Shown one piece after another: positions 9,893-19,176 of a stretch of 64,000 nucleotides of DNA; the stretch's first letter is position 1, and every line of letters starts with the position of its first letter. This DNA is from Candidatus Nomurabacteria bacterium (GTDB taxonomy: Bacteria; Patescibacteriota; Minisyncoccia; Phycocordibacterales; UBA9973). The notes beneath the pieces are model-generated. The model did no database searches. It was not told the DNA's origin and saw only the letters and a program-made list of their open reading frames with translations. The translations under genes were made by a program, and so were the position numbers. The stretch spans positions 18,387 through 82,386 of the forward strand of contig JAPLXO010000004.1 of NCBI GenBank assembly GCA_026396065.1, in the 5' to 3' direction.

Positions 9893-10207
9893 TTATTCAT
9901 TAATCAAAACGAAAATCTTATTTAAGTGGGAAAAGAGTTTGTAAAACTCTTCAATGTGAATAGAACTCACTATCACTGAATCTTTTACCTTAATTAAGGC
10001 ACCTTCAAGTGGAAATAAGTTCTGATAAATTATCGTAACCTCTTCTTTATCACCAAACAAAGCGTGTATCTCTACTCCTCTTTGTGGTTTTTCAGTATTT
10101 TTTACGAAATTTATTGCGGATTTAAGTTCTGGGGCATTACTGCCTCCATGCTCTTTTGCTAGTTCCTTAAAACCAGCATAATTTCCTACATCAATTCTTG
10201 TTGTCAT
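9893..10207 (-). CDS. Hypothetical protein
   Basis: 104 aa, 23 nt downstream of the YfiH-like gene. Confidence 0.7.
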   Translation of the reverse strand: MTTRIDVGNYAGFKELAKEHGGSNAPELKSAINFVKNTEKPQRGVEIHALFGDKEEVTIIYQNLFPLEGALIKVKDSVIVSSIHIEEFYKLFSHLNKIFVLINE

Positions 10208-10230
10208 GATTTACAAATTTTAATTGTTTA

Positions 10231-11058
10231 CTACTTGTGTATTATTAGTACACCATTTCGCCCCGAAGCAATTTCGTCTTCGTGGTAATACCGGTAATGA
10301 GACCAGTATGAATACTCTCCATCTTCATCTTTATCAGTTGCAGTATCTATGTCGTCATATACAATTTCACTATGTATACCAAACGCTTCGAACTGCGCAC
10401 TAATAATGTTTTTAATGGAAATTCCTCCATGTTTTTTACCCATGGGTACGCTAGCCTCACCATATTTATTGATAAGGTGATCTAAAATAATTTCATTATT
10501 TTTTCCATGCACCTCATCGTGTATGTCATAAATGAAACTGGAATGCCTAATTCCACAATGTAAGGAAATTTCAATGTCTTCGATAGAATACAAAGAAAGA
10601 TCCAGCAAACTGCCGACTACACCGTCATGAATACGTGGTGATGATTCGTCAGTTTTTCCTGTTAGGATTTTTTTCTTATCAATCACAGAATTTAATCCTG
10701 CATGACAAGTAAATACTTCTCCTTTTTCCAAATCACGACAAACTAATGTCGGGCAATCTGCTGACCGGAAAAGCACAGCTGTACCTTTTGGTAACAGCAA
10801 CCCTTCAGTAGGTAACGTCCACAAACTTAAACCATTTCTGAAACCAGCATCTTCGAATGCTTCTGGATCACTCAATGTGCCCAGAAAATCTGAAGTGCTC
10901 GGTAAATAACAGATTGTGATTTTTTCTTTGTTTAACATTCTGTGAATGTCTGTAAGATTCCAAAAACTATTTAACCAGTTTTTTTGTGATCCGAATACGT
11001 AAATACTAGTGTTCGCACTATGTAGCGAAACTTTTGGTAAAATTTCATTGCTGTTCAT
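10231..11058 (-). CDS. Divergent YfiH/PgeF (DUF152, laccase-domain) family protein
   Basis: SADCP, HAG, SHYR..GRN motifs. Confidence 0.75.
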   Translation of the reverse strand: MNSNEILPKVSLHSANTSIYVFGSQKNWLNSFWNLTDIHRMLNKEKITICYLPSTSDFLGTLSDPEAFEDAGFRNGLSLWTLPTEGLLLPKGTAVLFRSADCPTLVCRDLEKGEVFTCHAGLNSVIDKKKILTGKTDESSPRIHDGVVGSLLDLSLYSIEDIEISLHCGIRHSSFIYDIHDEVHGKNNEIILDHLINKYGEASVPMGKKHGGISIKNIISAQFEAFGIHSEIVYDDIDTATDKDEDGEYSYWSHYRYYHEDEIASGRNGVLIIHK

Positions 11059-11218
11059 TTTTCAAATATTAAATTGTTTATTATTAATTTAGTTCAAGAT
11101 ATTATCACAATTCCCTATCAAAGGAACACTGATAATATCTCGACTAAAAACAATAAATACAAAATACTTGTCGAAGGGCTTTTTTTATAAAATTACATCA
11201 AATACTACGAAATGTCAA
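11059..11218 (-). promoter_or_regulatory. Promoter + boxA-like motif + long leader hairpin
   Basis: TTGACA-17-TAATTT; GCCCTTCGACAA 11168-11179; hairpin 11089-11147. Confidence 0.7.
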
Positions 11219-11244
11219 TCATTCTAAAAATGCTAATAAAAATG

Positions 11245-11280
11245 AAAAAACTCCCTGCAAAATAAATTGCAGGGAGTTTT
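11245..11280 (-). terminator. Terminator, twin of 9841-9878
   Basis: AAAACTCCCTGCAA-aataaa-TTGCAGGGAGTTTT. Confidence 0.8.
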
Positions 11281-11302
11281 AAAAAAAATATTCTTTGAAG
11301 AA

Positions 11303-12844
11303 TTATATGCTTTTAAGTAAAAGCAATAAATACTTCCAAACGCGTTCACAAGAATCCACGTCTACCCATTCTCCGGTAGTGTGAACATCCCCCATCGTAG
11401 GCCCAAAAGAGATTATTTCAACACCTTTCAACTTGTTTGAAATAACTCCGCACTCAAGTCCTCCATGAGTACTTGTTACAACCGGTTTCGCATCAAACAT
11501 TACTTCCCACTGTTGTACAGCCGTTTTTAACAATGGTGTATCAAACTGTGGAATCCATCCAGGATAACCACTACTAATTTTTGTTTTAGCTCCGTAATAA
11601 TGGAACATGCCTTTAATAATTTCACCAATCCCTTTTAGTTGGGTTTGATTAGAGCTACGGTACATGCAAGAGATAGCGATCTTGCGTCCTTTCATTTCTA
11701 CAATTGCAAGATTGTTTGATGTTTGAACTAACTTTTTATCTTCTTTTTGTTTAGATCTCACCCCGTGTGGTAACTGTATCAGTATTTCTAGAAAATCTTT
11801 GGTGGAGTTTTCGTCCATCATTTTTTCTTTTAGAATAATGCCTACACGTGCAACTTCAGTTTTTATCGGCTCTTTTGGCCACACCATCTTCACAGCTTCA
11901 AACTGTTTTTGTAGTATTTCCAAAAAATTTTCAGCGTCTTCTTCCGGTAGCACTACTGTAGCTTTTGCTGACACCGGTATAGCATTGTCTTTTTCACCAC
12001 CGGAAAAACTTACAAGGTGCATCTTAATTTCACCAAGAGTATTCATGTTGAATTTTCCTAAATCAGTTAGGATTATGGCAAGGTCTTTTATAGCATTCCC
12101 ACGTTCTTTCTGAATTTCAGCCCCTGAGTGACCACCGACAAAGTCGGACAATTCAATATTAAATTTACAATACCCACTAGGAGTATTAATAAATTTTGGT
12201 TTAAACAAACCATTGATTCTTGATCCCCCAGCACAACCCACCGTGAATTCACCCTCCTCTTCGCTATCGAGGTTGATAAATTTTGTACTTTTAATCGAAC
12301 TAAAATCGAATCCAATTGCGCCGACAAGGCCAACTTCTTCGGTAGCAGTGAATAAAAGCTCAAGTGGACCGTGTTCTATGTCGCGGTTAGTCAAAATTTC
12401 CAACATGTAGCTAATAGCTATTCCGTTGTCAGCACCTAAAGTAGTGCCGATTGCCTTTAAAACATTTTCCGTTTTGAAAAAAAGTTCAATAGGGAAAATT
12501 TCTTTTTTTAACCCCTTGTCTTTCACTTCCACCATGTCAATGTGGCCTTGAAGACAAACAGATGGAATATGTTCAAACCCTTTTGAGGCAGGAACCGTAA
12601 CCAAGACATTATTCCACTTGTCTTTGATTACTTCTAATCCATTTTTTTTAGCCAGGTCCTCTATCACCGAGGCGATAGGGCCTTCGTTCCAAGAACCTCT
12701 TGGAGTTGCGCATAAGGTCTCAAAATGACGCCAAAATGGCAGTTTTTTCTTGAGCGGACTCAATAAAACTCCATTTTTTGTAATTACTTCTTCAGCTCTC
12801 GCTGCTTCGGTGTCTTGCACCGGTACTGTGTCTGTTTCTTTCAC
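11303..12844 (-). CDS. pepD: Aminoacyl-histidine dipeptidase (M20C)
   Basis: LQGHIDMV, TTLGADNG, EEVGL, NLDSE, GGHSG, HGGLECG, SFGP..H motifs. Confidence 0.92.
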   Translation of the reverse strand: MKETDTVPVQDTEAARAEEVITKNGVLLSPLKKKLPFWRHFETLCATPRGSWNEGPIASVIEDLAKKNGLEVIKDKWNNVLVTVPASKGFEHIPSVCLQGHIDMVEVKDKGLKKEIFPIELFFKTENVLKAIGTTLGADNGIAISYMLEILTNRDIEHGPLELLFTATEEVGLVGAIGFDFSSIKSTKFINLDSEEEGEFTVGCAGGSRINGLFKPKFINTPSGYCKFNIELSDFVGGHSGAEIQKERGNAIKDLAIILTDLGKFNMNTLGEIKMHLVSFSGGEKDNAIPVSAKATVVLPEEDAENFLEILQKQFEAVKMVWPKEPIKTEVARVGIILKEKMMDENSTKDFLEILIQLPHGVRSKQKEDKKLVQTSNNLAIVEMKGRKIAISCMYRSSNQTQLKGIGEIIKGMFHYYGAKTKISSGYPGWIPQFDTPLLKTAVQQWEVMFDAKPVVTSTHGGLECGVISNKLKGVEIISFGPTMGDVHTTGEWVDVDSCERVWKYLLLLLKSI

Positions 12845-13000
12845 TTTGTTTTTTTTAAAAATGTTTATACTAACTTTTTTTTACTCACTTTCTCAATACC
12901 CGTAAAGAAACTGGGAAAGTGAGTAAAATAGAGAAATATAGACAACTCATTGTCGAAGGGCTTTTTTTATAAAATTACATCAAAGGATGGCTTTTGTCAA
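12845..13000 (-). promoter_or_regulatory. Promoter + boxA-like motif + long leader hairpin
   Basis: 35 nt (12950-12984) identical to 11168-11202; hairpin 12879-12928; TTGACA at 12995-13000. Confidence 0.75.
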
Positions 13001-13205
13001 CAAGGTAAAATCCACTATTTTCAGACCATAGACAAACAAGAAATATTTTGTTATATTAAACATGTGAGATTTACAAATTTTATTTAAATTGGTTTTTAGG
13101 AATATATCATATATTATGAAGGGCTTAAAAGTTTTCAAAAATTTACTCAGTTACAAAATGGAAATCCCAATATAGCGGTGTGTTCTTATAAGCTGACACA
13201 AGCTT

Positions 13206-14735
13206 ATGAGTTTAACAATAAAACTTTTGATCGGGGCCGGCGTGCTCTTTTTCGGAGTTGGTTTAGGATACTATCTCCGAGTGATCATCGCTTTAGGTAA
13301 AAAGCGATCTATCGAAATCGACATCAAAGATATGATGGTCGGAGCAAGAGAAGAATCACAAAGAATTTTAGATGAAGCAAAAAAGAAGTCAGAGGCTACT
13401 CTAGAAGAATTAAAAGAAGAAGAAAAAAAGAAGTCGGAAGAATTTAAAGAAACAGAAAAAAGACTTATCAAAAAAGATGAGCTTCTAGACGCGCGCCAAG
13501 TAGAAATAGATAAAGAAGTCGAAAATATAAAATCAAAAGTAGAAGATATAAAAAAGATTCAAGAACGTGTTGAGAACGCGCAAGCTGAAAAAATGCTGGC
13601 ATTAGAAAAAGTTGCAAAATTGACGACAGAAGAAGCAAAAGAAGAACTTTTGAAAGACATTGAAAAAAAATATGAAGAAGATATTTTAGTTCGCATGGTC
13701 AAATTAGAAAATTCTGCTACAGAAAAACTCGACCGTCGCGCAAAAGACATCCTCTCCACTTCTATTCAACGTCTTGCTGCAAGTACTGCTTCAGAATTAA
13801 TGACTACAGTCATCACAATTCCAAACAATGAAATAAAAGGAAAGATTATCGGTAAAGAAGGACGAAATATCCGTGCTTTCGAACGTGCTTCTGGAGTCGA
13901 GCTTATTGTAGACGACACACCAGGCACAATCGTAATTTCATCTTTCGATCCTATTCGCCGACAAGTAGCTCGCGTAGCACTTGAAAATTTAATTCTTGAT
14001 GGAAGAATTCAACCAGCAAAAATTGAAGAGTTGGTTGAAAAAGCAAAAGAAGAAATTAATAAAATTATTAAAGAAAAAGGAGAACAAGCCGTTTACGAAT
14101 GTGGAATCTTCAACTTTGATCCTCGTATCGTAGCTATTATTGGTCGCCTTTACTTCAGAACAAGTTATGGGCAAAATGTCTTGCAACACTCTATAGAAAT
14201 GGCACACATAGCTGGAATGCTCGCCGAAGAACTCGGTGCTGATGTAGCGATATCAAAAGCTGGAGCTCTAGTGCACGACATTGGTAAAGCTCTCGACCAC
14301 GAAGTGCAAGGCACACATATTGAAATCGGTATGCGTATTCTTCAAAAGTTTGGTGCTGATGAACGCATCATCACTGCAATGAAATCTCACCATGAAGACT
14401 ATCCTTATGAAACTATTGAATCAGTAATCGTACAGACAGCTGATGCTATCTCTGGTGGTCGTCCTGGAGCTCGACGTGACTCTGTAGAGAACTATTTGAA
14501 ACGTTTACAAGAATTAGAAGCATTAGTGAATGGATTCACTGGTGTCGAAAAATCTTATGCTCTTGCAGCAGGGCGTGAAGTGAGAATCTTCGTAACCCCA
14601 GAAAAAGTTTCCGACGCTGAAGCAAAACTCATGGCTCGTGAAATCGCAAATAAAATAGAACAAGAATTGAAATACCCTGGAGAAATCAAGGTTACTATGA
14701 TCCGAGAAAGTAGAATCATAGAATACGCTAGATAG
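13206..14735 (+). CDS. rny: Ribonuclease Y
   Basis: N-terminal TM, coiled coil, KH (IIGKEGRNIR), HD (HDIGK), RPGAR. Confidence 0.97.
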   Translation: MSLTIKLLIGAGVLFFGVGLGYYLRVIIALGKKRSIEIDIKDMMVGAREESQRILDEAKKKSEATLEELKEEEKKKSEEFKETEKRLIKKDELLDARQVEIDKEVENIKSKVEDIKKIQERVENAQAEKMLALEKVAKLTTEEAKEELLKDIEKKYEEDILVRMVKLENSATEKLDRRAKDILSTSIQRLAASTASELMTTVITIPNNEIKGKIIGKEGRNIRAFERASGVELIVDDTPGTIVISSFDPIRRQVARVALENLILDGRIQPAKIEELVEKAKEEINKIIKEKGEQAVYECGIFNFDPRIVAIIGRLYFRTSYGQNVLQHSIEMAHIAGMLAEELGADVAISKAGALVHDIGKALDHEVQGTHIEIGMRILQKFGADERIITAMKSHHEDYPYETIESVIVQTADAISGGRPGARRDSVENYLKRLQELEALVNGFTGVEKSYALAAGREVRIFVTPEKVSDAEAKLMAREIANKIEQELKYPGEIKVTMIRESRIIEYAR

Positions 14736-14781
14736 AAAAGTTAAAAAAAAGGCCTGTATCGTAAAACGAACAGGTCTTTTT

Positions 14782-15402
14782 TTAATCCATTTGCAATAAT
14801 TTAAAAATAATTATTGCAAATACAACAGTTAGGAATCCAAGGAGTAGCTTATGTGTGTTAAAATCTTGAACCCATTCAGGATCACCTTTATCCATTATTT
14901 TTTCTGTAAAGATAAAACATCCATATTCTTTATCAAAACGACAAAGAATATGAAGTTTATTTTTATTCTTACAAATAAATTCCTTGTTTGGAATTTGGTG
15001 TGCTTTTGATAAATCAATAAAGTGAATTCCTTTTATTGTTTTATCATTCAAGCCGATAGTATTAAAAGTTTGCACTTCTCTACTATATCTGTTAAATCCT
15101 AGTGTAGGATTTTTTTTATCCCTAATGTAAACTACTCTCGTTTTTGGATTCTTGTAACGAAATGTTTTTATACTGTCGGGTAAAATAATTCTTTCAATTT
15201 GAATTATCTGGAAAGCTGTATCTTTTTTTACAATTTTCCATTCTTCATTTTGAATACTATCTATCATTTTTGGAGGTTTAATACAACCAGCTAAACTTGC
15301 AAAAAATAGTCCGAGAAGTATGCCGCCACCAATACCTAGTAGAAGTGCTATTACCGTCATAACCTTAACGATAATTTTTTTTAATTTTCTGAATTTTTTC
15401 AT
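14782..15402 (-). CDS. Hypothetical membrane protein (TM at both ends)
   Basis: 206 aa; preceded by a promoter/boxA/hairpin leader at 15403-15545. Confidence 0.7.
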   Translation of the reverse strand: MKKFRKLKKIIVKVMTVIALLLGIGGGILLGLFFASLAGCIKPPKMIDSIQNEEWKIVKKDTAFQIIQIERIILPDSIKTFRYKNPKTRVVYIRDKKNPTLGFNRYSREVQTFNTIGLNDKTIKGIHFIDLSKAHQIPNKEFICKNKNKLHILCRFDKEYGCFIFTEKIMDKGDPEWVQDFNTHKLLLGFLTVVFAIIIFKLLQMD

Positions 15403-15669
15403 TTTTTTTTATTTAGGTGAAACTTAGTTAAAATTACTTCACACACCAAGTTGATAGGCAAAGTAATTTCAACTAAAATAACCATTTTTAAAAGAACAAG
15501 ATCTATACTCTATTAAAACTTTACGTTTTTTCACAAAAAAGTCAAATAAAAAAAAGTATTAAAGCTATTGCCTAAAAAAACCCTTGATATATAATGTATA
15601 GGTAAATTAGCCACCGTAAATCGGGGCAAGGTCGAAAGATTTTTATTAAAAAATAATCAAATTAAATAT

Positions 15670-15942
15670 ATGAATAAGCAAGATTTAGTTGAATTTGTAC
15701 ACGGCAAAATGGGTGGTACAAAGGTAGCAGCTGAAGAAATCGTAAGTGGAATGTTTGATGCAATCATCGGCACAATGAAAAAAGGTGGTGAAGTATCAAT
15801 CGCTGGCTTCGGAATCTTCTCTGTAAAACCTCGTGCAGCTAGAATGGCTCGTAATCCAAAAACTGGAGAACAAGTCAAAGTAGCAGCTACAAAGGTTCCA
15901 AAGTTTCGTGCATCAAAAGGTTTGAAAGACGCAGTTAAATAG
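15670..15942 (+). CDS. hup: DNA-binding protein HU
   Basis: MNKQDL, GFGIF, RAARMARNPKTGE, PKFRASKGLK. Confidence 0.97.
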   Translation: MNKQDLVEFVHGKMGGTKVAAEEIVSGMFDAIIGTMKKGGEVSIAGFGIFSVKPRAARMARNPKTGEQVKVAATKVPKFRASKGLKDAVK

Positions 15943-16107
15943 TATTTGTCTCGAGACAAAGTGTAAAAGCCCAAAGCGAAAGCGGAGGGCTTTTATGTTT
16001 TTGATATATGAAAGTCATTTGCAATTTATAAATAAACATGGTACAATATGTGTCGATATGGTTATCAAAATGGTAACAAATTGTATCTTTAACAAAAAAA
16101 ATAAAAA

Positions 16108-16968
16108 TTGGAAAATAAAAAAGAAGAATCAAAAAGCCTTACTAACGTAAGTGGCTCTCTTCCTAAATATCTCAAGGAAATAGAAAAGGAAGAAAAATTG
16201 ACAGTTGAGCAAGAAAATCAACTTTCAGAAGAAATCAGAAACGGGAGCGCTCTTTCGTTAGAAAAATTAATTAAATCAAACTTACGTTTAGTGAAAACGG
16301 TAGCAGATCAGTTTAAAAGACAAGGAATGTTATTGCAAGATTTAATTAATGAAGGCAACCTAGGCTTAATTGAGGCGGCAAAAAGCTTTGATGAAAGAAG
16401 GGGTTTTGTTTTTAAAGTGCACGCTACAAGGGAAATTAAAAAATCTATCCGTGATGCATTAATGAAAAAAACAAAAATCATTAGGTTACCGTTTAATGAA
16501 ATTACCTCAAAAAAACAAATTGAGGACACAAAAGAAAATTTTATTAAAGAATTCGGTTATGAGGCCAGCACTGAAGAGCTATCAGCTATCTTAGGAAAAA
16601 ATGAGGAAGATATATCTGATACGATGTATTTCTCACAGGAGACAATTTTAGCTGACTCCCCTATCGATGAAGAAAACACGTTACTGGACACCCTGTCAGA
16701 CACAGCAACTCCCACAGGAGAAACTTTTTTGATAGATGAATCATTAAAAAAAGAAATTGAGCGAGCACTCAAGAATCTTAAAAACCCACGCCAAGTCGAA
16801 GTTTTAAAATTATTTTTCGGCTTTGACGAAGGTATTAACTGGACGCTTGAATCAATTGGGTCAAAATTTAATCTGACTCGTGAATCAGCTAGGCAGATTA
16901 AAGAAAAGGCGATTAAACGCCTTAGAAAGCAACCAAACATACCGTTGCTAAAAAGCTATCTGGGATAA
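16108..16968 (+). CDS. Sigma-70 family factor, Bacteroidota primary-sigma-like, region 2.3 degenerate
   Basis: YLKEI, NLRLV, DLINEGNLGLI, FDERRGF, IRLP, LTRESARQIKEKAIKRL, LLKSYLG; no region 1.1; TTG start. Confidence 0.9.
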   Translation: MENKKEESKSLTNVSGSLPKYLKEIEKEEKLTVEQENQLSEEIRNGSALSLEKLIKSNLRLVKTVADQFKRQGMLLQDLINEGNLGLIEAAKSFDERRGFVFKVHATREIKKSIRDALMKKTKIIRLPFNEITSKKQIEDTKENFIKEFGYEASTEELSAILGKNEEDISDTMYFSQETILADSPIDEENTLLDTLSDTATPTGETFLIDESLKKEIERALKNLKNPRQVEVLKLFFGFDEGINWTLESIGSKFNLTRESARQIKEKAIKRLRKQPNIPLLKSYLG

Positions 16969-17010
16969 TTCCCAACAACTCCCCTCACCGTGAAAATGGT
17001 GTGGGGAGAT

Positions 17011-17166
17011 TTTGTTTTTTGTGCGGGATAAGAGAGTCGGTCACTTATAAATTTCTACTGAAATTTTATGCGACCCCGGCTCGGCGCGTCCGCCTCCGCC
17101 TTTCTCCTCACTTCCCCATCACAAAACAAAATCGCCGAGGACATGCCTCGGCTCATTTGTTTTTTG
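17011..17166. repeat. Duplicated tRNA-Gly 3' end plus intervening palindromic mini-element
   Basis: GTGCGGGATAAGAGAGTCG at 17021 and at 17166. Confidence 0.8.
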
Positions 17167-17237
17167 TGCGGGATAAGAGAGTCGAACTCTTCACCACAGT
17201 TTGGAAAACTGTTGTTTTACCGATAAACTAATCCCGC
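17167..17237 (-). tRNA. tRNA-Gly(TCC)
   Basis: Cloverleaf GCGGGAT..ACAGT-TTTCCAA-ACTGT..GTTCGACTC..ATCCCGC-A. Confidence 0.93.
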
Positions 17238-17345
17238 AATAGTTATATATTAGCATTTTATTTGTAAAAAGCCAGATATTTTGACAAAGTATTAGATGGA
17301 TTGTTTAATATTGACTTTTGGATTAATGGGGTGTATAATATACAC

Positions 17346-17702
17346 ATGAATGAAAATATAAATTTAGAAACAAAACCTTTAATAACACGAAAAGAAAGAA
17401 TTTTAAAAGCTCAGCAAGCTGAGACATTTGAAGATATAGATCCTGAAACAAAAAAAGATATTTTAGAGATTGCAGAAAAAAATATAACAGGCACACTAAA
17501 ACCACTCAGTTTTACTAAATTTTATAAATTTTCAACATATAAAAATAAAGGTGATTACAAACCTTATATGGATACAATGATGGAATATGCAACTACAGAA
17601 TTTAAAGAAATACTAAAAGAAGAATTAGAAAAAATAGATACAAAATTTATTCCAGCAAAAAAATTAGTGGAACAGTACGAAAAAGAAAGCGATAAAAACT
17701 AA
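17346..17702 (+). CDS. Hypothetical protein
   Basis: MNENINLE start just after TTGACT/TATAAT; palindromic terminator at 17701-17735. Confidence 0.7.
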   Translation: MNENINLETKPLITRKERILKAQQAETFEDIDPETKKDILEIAEKNITGTLKPLSFTKFYKFSTYKNKGDYKPYMDTMMEYATTEFKEILKEELEKIDTKFIPAKKLVEQYEKESDKN

Positions 17703-17742
17703 ACTAAAAATCCCGCAATTGCGGGATTTTTAGTTTTAAAAG

Positions 17743-17897
17743 TCGGGCTGCTGGGAATCGGCTATTACATAGCCAGGTGCTTTTCTACCTCGCTACGCTC
17801 GTACAGAAAAGCCTTTCGATATCCCAATAAAAGCAAATCAATTTGCTTTCTCCAGCCCAAACAAAAACAAACAGGTTTTACCTGTTTGTTTTTTAGT
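17743..17897. repeat. Duplicated tRNA-Pro 3' end plus intervening palindromic mini-element
   Basis: TCGGGCTGCTGGGAATCG at 17743 and at 17898. Confidence 0.8.
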
Positions 17898-17968
17898 TCG
17901 GGCTGCTGGGAATCGAACCCAGTCAACGTGTTCCCAAAACACGTGTACTACCGGTATACTACAGCCCG
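17898..17968 (-). tRNA. tRNA-Pro(TGG)
   Basis: CGGGCTG..CGTGT-TTTGGGA-ACACG..GGTTCGATTCC..CAGCCCG-A. Confidence 0.93.
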
Positions 17969-18006
17969 TTACAAAACAAGCTTAACATATTTGAGCAAAA
18001 AAACAA

Positions 18007-18438
18007 TTATTTATTTAAATTATCTAAATAAGTAGAATAAATAGGATAAAATTTTTCTACTTCGTCTTTAAGTTTATTTAATTCAACTTCAAAATCTGGC
18101 GAATCAAAATCCATATTCCCTAGTTCACTCTCCTTCTGTATTAAAGGAGAAATTTGATTCCAAATTTCTTTATCAAAACCACGAGAACCGACACCAAATA
18201 AATTTATAATGAATTTTAAATTTTGAAATTTAGTTTGAATTGATTCGTTTGAATCATCAAGTTCTTTCAATTTTCCTGCAATTACCCTTTTCCAATTATT
18301 TTTTGTTTTAGTAGGATCTGTACTTTCTCCCCTATCAGAAGGTATTAAATCATCAGAAAGTTTTCCTATATGCTCGTTCATAGGTGTGCCTAAAAAATGA
18401 ACTGGGCCAGTATTTTTTTTGTTATTTTCTATAGACAC
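18007..18438 (-). CDS. Hypothetical protein
   Basis: 143 aa ORF downstream of yraN. Confidence 0.7.
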   Translation of the reverse strand: MSIENNKKNTGPVHFLGTPMNEHIGKLSDDLIPSDRGESTDPTKTKNNWKRVIAGKLKELDDSNESIQTKFQNLKFIINLFGVGSRGFDKEIWNQISPLIQKESELGNMDFDSPDFEVELNKLKDEVEKFYPIYSTYLDNLNK

Positions 18439-18450
18439 AACAATATATTA

Positions 18451-18855
18451 CTACAAAATTACATCTCTGACCACTTTTACTCTAGCCTTCTTTGTTTTCA
18501 TGTCCATAAAGACAACAATCAGATCAAACTGCCATTCTACGTTCTCTGGAACTTTTTTAGCTATTAAATACGTCTGAATTGTCCTTGAGAGACGCTTTAG
18601 CTTCCAAGGGTGCATATTATCTTCTGGTTTATACTGATCTAATGTTTCACGTTTAACACTTAGATCTCGTGTCACAGCCTTAACCTCCACAAAATGTATC
18701 CGACTTCCCTCCTGTGCTACAATATCTATCTCACCATACTTTCGAGTATAGTTTCTATCTAGAATAGAAAAACCTTGTTTCACGAGAAACTTACAAGCAA
18801 TATTTTCTCCCATTTCCCCTATCTTCTGTGTTTCAGAAGTAAATACTTTAGGCAT
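18451..18855 (-). CDS. yraN: YraN (UPF0102) family endonuclease
   Basis: GEMGE..A..L, ILDRNY, GEIDIVA, FVEVK, FD. Confidence 0.92.
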   Translation of the reverse strand: MPKVFTSETQKIGEMGENIACKFLVKQGFSILDRNYTRKYGEIDIVAQEGSRIHFVEVKAVTRDLSVKRETLDQYKPEDNMHPWKLKRLSRTIQTYLIAKKVPENVEWQFDLIVVFMDMKTKKARVKVVRDVIL

Positions 18856-18917
18856 TACTATAATTATACTACTCTAATAAAAATATCAAAAATGTTTCAT
18901 GAATAACACCTTTGAAG

Positions 18918-18933
18918 TGTTTCACGTGAAACA
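18918..18933. promoter_or_regulatory. parS site (perfect consensus)
   Basis: TGTTTCACGTGAAACA; degenerate copies at 18643, 18776, 18893, 19758, 19785. Confidence 0.92.
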
Positions 18934-18939
18934 CTTTAC

Positions 18940-19100
18940 TATAAAAAAGCTGTTTTTATGTCTTTTATATAAAATGTCTTTATAATATAAGCTAGAATGG
19001 AAATTAACTACTTAAATAAACAGATAAATATATGTCCTTTATACACAATACCCCCACAGTTATCCACAGTTTTAGATAAAATCCTTACAAAATAAGGAAT
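18940..19100. other. Candidate oriC / DnaA-box cluster
   Basis: TTATACACA 19039-19047, TTATCCACA 19060-19068; AT-rich repeated ATGTCTTT(T)ATA; next to parS. Confidence 0.5.
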
Positions 19101-19176
19101 AAACAAAAGGACAACTTGCTAAGTTTTTGAATTGATTTCGTTGTGAATCCGAGCTGATTAGGCTAGTACTTAAATG

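Noticed and set aside
17701-17735. Palindrome sharing ATCCCGCAAT with the tRNA-Gly 5' boundary
   Set aside because: Adequately explained as a bidirectional terminator; a 10-nt match may be chance
17011-17968. Prophage or genomic island at the tRNAs
   Set aside because: The duplicated ends enclose only ~120-140 bp; no integrase or phage genes
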